Below are positions 60,674 to 64,000 of a stretch of DNA of 64,000 nucleotides, in pieces. Origin of the DNA: Bacteroidales bacterium UBA1628 (GTDB lineage Bacteria > Bacteroidota > Bacteroidia > Bacteroidales > UBA932). The notes under the pieces are model-generated. The model did no database searches. It was not told the origin of the DNA and worked only from the letters and a program-made list of their open reading frames with translations. Position numbers and translations under genes: made by a program. Position 1 is the stretch's first letter. The number at the start of each line of letters is the position of its first letter. The DNA lies in assembly GCA_002321335.1 (NCBI GenBank), contig DCMG01000006.1:267-64266 (forward strand), given 5' to 3'.

Positions 60674-60875
60674 GAACTTAGGCTTGCGCTTGATCCTTTC
60701 GGCAGCACTTTCGGCCTTATTTGATTCTCAAGAGTGCATGATGCACTCTTGGGGAACGTTTTTCGGACTTTTTGGTTCCCGAGGGTGCTGCCTTGTGCTT
60801 CTGGGCGGCATTATTTTCCATTTTTGCCTCCGAAAGGCTATCCGGCATCCAGCGTTACTAAACATTTTAGTCGGC
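60674..60875 (+). repeat. Palindromic BIME/MITE-like element, copy 3
   Basis: TCTCAAGAGTGCATGATGCACTCTTGGGG; GGGCGGCATTATTTTCCATTTTTGCCTCCGAAAGGCTATCCGGCATC is identical to copy 1. Confidence 0.85.
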
Positions 60876-61045
60876 GTTACTGGCTGGCGAAGGGCTTTCG
60901 AGGGCCTTTCGGGGCTTTTGCAGGGGGGCGATGTGCAGAGGTACTATCTTCTATGTGTTTGAATATATTCAAGTTGCTCAGCGTTGCGCTTCTTGTGGGA
61001 ATTGGGTGCGGCGGAGGGATTCCTTGGCTTTTGGGAGCGGCCGCC

Positions 61046-61080
61046 AAAATTTTGTTAAAGGGCTACTTTAACAAAATTTT
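61046..61080. promoter_or_regulatory. Perfect 15-5-15 palindrome; partner of the site at 33213-33248
   Basis: AAAATTTTGTTAAAG-GGCTA-CTTTAACAAAATTTT. Confidence 0.65.
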
Positions 61081-61108
61081 CCCTTTCCTTCCGTATTGTT
61101 TATCGTGC

Positions 61109-61549
61109 TTATCTGGATGTCTTCAGGAAATCCCAGAAGGATTTCCTGCCTTTGGAGGCATCGTCCCCTGACATCTTCAGGTAGTATTCCCGGAATGTCA
61201 ATCCTTCTGATACAATCCTGTAGATTTCGCCCCAGTCGGGAAGACCTCCAAGATTGCGGTCGTCTATGAACAAGTCCGCCTTCAGCTTGCGGGGGCCGGC
61301 AGGAAGCTCATCTCCATCATAATATTCCTCCGGATGATTGCTGTTGACCGCATAGAAGTCCAGACCTCGCTCGTGACACCAGTCAACGGCTTCCCTCAGC
61401 AGCGCGCCTTCCCTTACCGACCAGAGTATAAGTATGTGATGGTCGGCCTGGATGCGTTTGAGAGTGTTCACGGCAAATGGAATTTCCTTGCCGATCTTAG
61501 GGTACTTGTGCTCCACTATAGTACCATCAAAGTCAACTGCAATAATCAT
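61109..61549 (-). CDS. Small HAD-type phosphatase (BT0820-like)
   Basis: MIIAVDFDGTIVEH, LILWSVRE and RKLKADLFIDDRNLGG. Confidence 0.85.
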   Translation of the reverse strand: MIIAVDFDGTIVEHKYPKIGKEIPFAVNTLKRIQADHHILILWSVREGALLREAVDWCHERGLDFYAVNSNHPEEYYDGDELPAGPRKLKADLFIDDRNLGGLPDWGEIYRIVSEGLTFREYYLKMSGDDASKGRKSFWDFLKTSR

Positions 61550-61790
61550 CCTTTAAGAAATCGCTGTGTTCACGAGAAAATCTTGGGGCTTGGCACTCTT
61601 TTCAATAGGTTGAGTGTCAAATCGTTAGGCGCGGCGTTGGCGGAATGGCAATCGTTTGTCCACAATAATGGCCATTACAGCCAAGCCAACTCATATAGAA
61701 TACAAAAATATATAATCCAGTCCTAAAAGACAAATATATTGGTGTAAATTAGAGAAAAAATTCAGGTGACTTGCTATCGTGGCGGCCGTG

Positions 61791-62333
61791 CTATTCAATC
61801 GGTACGACCAAGTCGGGGTGGACGGAGACCAGCGCGACAGCGACGACGCCCTGGATCTCAATGACAACTTTCTTGGCCCTGGAGCCTTTGACTTTGACGA
61901 AGGCACCTTCGCATCCCTCGAACATCCCGCCAGTGATCCGGACTTTCTGAGCCTTGGCGAAGTTGATTTCCGATGGCCCGAAGAAGCGTAATGTCTCATC
62001 GTATGTCCCTGTCACGGCTATGAACTGCCTCATCTGTTTTTCAGGAACAGTGATTTTCTTGCCAAGCCTTTGATCCATCATGTATTGCAGCATTGGAACG
62101 CAGGTCGGTTTCTTCAACTCTTGGATTTTGGAAGCAGTCGTGCGGACGAATATGATGTTGTGGATTACGGGGACAAGGCGCTTCTTGCCGGTTCTGACGG
62201 ATTTCTCGTACTTCATGGGAATGAAATTCTCCACGCCTCTCTCATCCAGAAGTCTTTTGGCTTCCAGTTCACGGTGGTAAGTGACGCGCATCGCAAACCA
62301 CTCAATTTCCTCGTAATGGATGTCGCCTTGCAT
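61791..62333 (-). CDS. upxY: UpxY-family (NusG paralog) transcription antiterminator
   Basis: WFAMRVT...E, VENFIP, PVIHNIIFV, VPEKQM..F and KOW motif VRITGGMFEGCEG. Confidence 0.9.
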   Translation of the reverse strand: MQGDIHYEEIEWFAMRVTYHRELEAKRLLDERGVENFIPMKYEKSVRTGKKRLVPVIHNIIFVRTTASKIQELKKPTCVPMLQYMMDQRLGKKITVPEKQMRQFIAVTGTYDETLRFFGPSEINFAKAQKVRITGGMFEGCEGAFVKVKGSRAKKVVIEIQGVVAVALVSVHPDLVVPIE

Positions 62334-62366
62334 TGTTTTTCCCGGTCAATGTCCGTTCTCGGGTCA

Positions 62367-62374
62367 CAAATTTA
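62367..62374 (-). promoter_or_regulatory. -7 promoter element upstream of upxY
   Basis: Minus strand TAAATTTG, 33 nt before the start codon. Confidence 0.55.
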
Positions 62375-62434
62375 ATCAATTTATGATAGAATCTGTCTCC
62401 TCAAAGAACATTTCAAAGAAACCAAAATAACTAC

Positions 62435-63073
62435 TCACATAAGATATTCCGACATGTCCTTACCTGCGAGCAGTCCGTCACGTATCTCAGTTGAGGAGAT
62501 GTCCACGATAGGGGCGTCGATGACTTCGATGTTGTACGAGCGCAAAAGGATTTCCTCAAGGCTGCGCATCCCGTCAGGAACAATCTCTTCGGAATCAAGG
62601 ACATAAGGGGTAGGGAAGTCCTTGCAATCCTCGATCAGCTGACGCCTGATGCTGTCCACGTCGAATCCCTTGCGCGGGTAGACCGTCACGCCATATTCAG
62701 AAAGGATTCTCGGGAAATCCCTCCAGCGGCGGATGCTCTGGAGGTTGTCGGCTCCGATGACAAGCGTGAAATCATTGTCAGGCTCACGCTGCTTCAAAGC
62801 GTCCAGGGTCTTGATGGTGTAGTGGGGCGGATCCATCTTCAGCTCGATGTCGTCCACCCAGACGTGCAGTTCCGGATGACGTTTCACGGCGGCCACGGCG
62901 GCCTCGTACCGTCTCTCGCCGGAATCAGCGCTGATGGAATCCTTCAGCGGGTTCTTCGGGGACACGACAAGGTAGACCCAGTCATATTCCTTCTCCTTTG
63001 TCAGGTACTCCATTATGGCCTGATGGCCGATGTGCAGGGGATTGAACGACCCCGAGTAAACGGCTATCTTCAC
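62435..63073 (-). CDS. nadD: Nicotinate-nucleotide adenylyltransferase
   Basis: GSFNPLHIGH, YTIKTL, IGADN and ISSTEIR. Confidence 0.95.
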   Translation of the reverse strand: MKIAVYSGSFNPLHIGHQAIMEYLTKEKEYDWVYLVVSPKNPLKDSISADSGERRYEAAVAAVKRHPELHVWVDDIELKMDPPHYTIKTLDALKQREPDNDFTLVIGADNLQSIRRWRDFPRILSEYGVTVYPRKGFDVDSIRRQLIEDCKDFPTPYVLDSEEIVPDGMRSLEEILLRSYNIEVIDAPIVDISSTEIRDGLLAGKDMSEYLM

Positions 63074-63080
63074 GGATCTC

Positions 63081-63686
63081 TTAGATGAATGTCGAATAGT
63101 TCAGTTTCCCGTCGTCAAGAAAATCCTCGACAACCTTCTCGACCTCGGCGAACGCCGTCTTGAGGTCGTCGTTGACGAGCACATAGTCGAATTTCGGAGC
63201 GTAGGTCATCTCTTCGGCCGCCTTGGCGACACGCTCCTCGATGGCCTCCGGGGAGTCGGTCCCTCTTTTGACGAGCCTTTCGCGAAGCGCCTCCACGGAC
63301 GGAGCCTGGACGAAGATGGACAGAGCCTTGTCCCCGAAATATTTCTTGAGGTTCACCCCTCCCTTGACATCGACATCGAATATTATCACATGCCCCGCAG
63401 CCCAGATCCTTTCGACCTCGGACTTGAGCGTGCCGTAGAAATGATCCTCGTAAACCTCCTCGTATTCAACGAATGAATCCTTGGCGATCAGCTCGCGGAA
63501 TTTCTCGGGAGTGACGAAGTGATATTCCTTGCCGTCCTGCTCGGTGCCGCGCGGCGCCCTTGATGTGGCGGAGATCGAGAACTCCATCTGATCCTTGTAT
63601 ATTCCAAGAATATGGTTCACTATCGTGCTTTTGCCGGATCCCGACGGGGCGGAGAAAATCAGTACTCTGTTGCTCATTTGACTCAT
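63081..63686 (-). CDS. gmk: Guanylate kinase
   Basis: APSGSGKST, SATSRAPR..E.DG.EYHF and YGT; -7 element TACCTTTG at 63706-63713. Confidence 0.97.
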   Translation of the reverse strand: MSQMSNRVLIFSAPSGSGKSTIVNHILGIYKDQMEFSISATSRAPRGTEQDGKEYHFVTPEKFRELIAKDSFVEYEEVYEDHFYGTLKSEVERIWAAGHVIIFDVDVKGGVNLKKYFGDKALSIFVQAPSVEALRERLVKRGTDSPEAIEERVAKAAEEMTYAPKFDYVLVNDDLKTAFAEVEKVVEDFLDDGKLNYSTFI

Positions 63687-63871
63687 GAATATTTTCGTGT
63701 GGCTGCAAAGGTATCATTTTTTGCGGAAAGTTCAGAATCTTCTATGAAAATGTGAGTGGACAAGTCCTGATTCTCTAACTTTTTTTTCTGTTCGGAAGAG
63801 TCGAACGTTTTAGCGCAAGTGTTGAGTGTTAAAAAATTATTTTATATTAGCCACCCATTTTAAGAATTTGT

Positions 63872-64000
63872 ATGAATATCAGTTTTACAACTATCCTTGC
63901 GGCGTTTCTTGCCGTTTCCGCTTGGGGCTTGCCGGCGTTAAGCGGTGGCGGAAATATTTCCGCGCAGACGCAGAGCCGGCAGGAGAGACTCGTGAAAGGA
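63872..64000 (+). CDS. 5' end of a secreted protein (runs off the window)
   Basis: MNISFTTILAAFLAVSAWG... signal peptide, open to the window end. Confidence 0.5.
   Translation, partial: MNISFTTILAAFLAVSAWGLPALSGGGNISAQTQSRQERLVKG

Noticed and set aside
57800..60900. Possible CRISPR array
   Set aside because: Units are degenerate, lack unique equal-length spacers, and no cas gene is present
62540..62630. Extra ~25-aa loop in NadD
   Set aside because: No repeat or REP sequence visible; variable region of the family

Overview
This is a Bacteroidales chromosomal window, judged from SusC/SusD, UpxY, TAnnTTTG promoters and type V pilin-like lipoproteins. Left to right it holds: (i) a frameshifted RAYT-type HUH (Y1) transposase flanked by palindromic repeats; (ii) dnaK; (iii) an ECF-sigma/FecR-controlled PUL (SusC, SusD, FISUMP-domain lipoprotein, GDPD, GH127); (iv) tadA and rpmH; (v) a ~45 kb, almost entirely minus-strand surface-structure locus between rpmH and nadD-gmk. 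That locus runs upxY, HAD phosphatase, an AAA-ATPase/TOPRIM-like pair, a Wzx/Wzy polysaccharide cluster (KDN/nonulosonate and 3-amino-6-deoxyhexose pathways), PqqD/RRE, nucleotidyltransferase, HPr-kinase-like protein, wza and wzc. It continues with two ~58-aa YxxP-leader peptides, each in front of a type V pilin-like lipoprotein (the pilin-like genes carry PI-PLC, discoidin or CotH-kinase domains), then an ABC exporter and an S24/S26 peptidase. The best candidate for an undescribed system is this cyclase-less, lasso-like peptide-processing set embedded between capsule and pilin genes. Non-coding structure includes RAYT-related ~51-bp-period palindromic arrays bracketing the ATPase cassette, a second REP family inserted in-frame in protein genes, three copies of a promoter-hairpin motif, and a 20-bp inverted site pair 28 kb apart. 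All family calls come from motif recognition by eye; no database searches were run.
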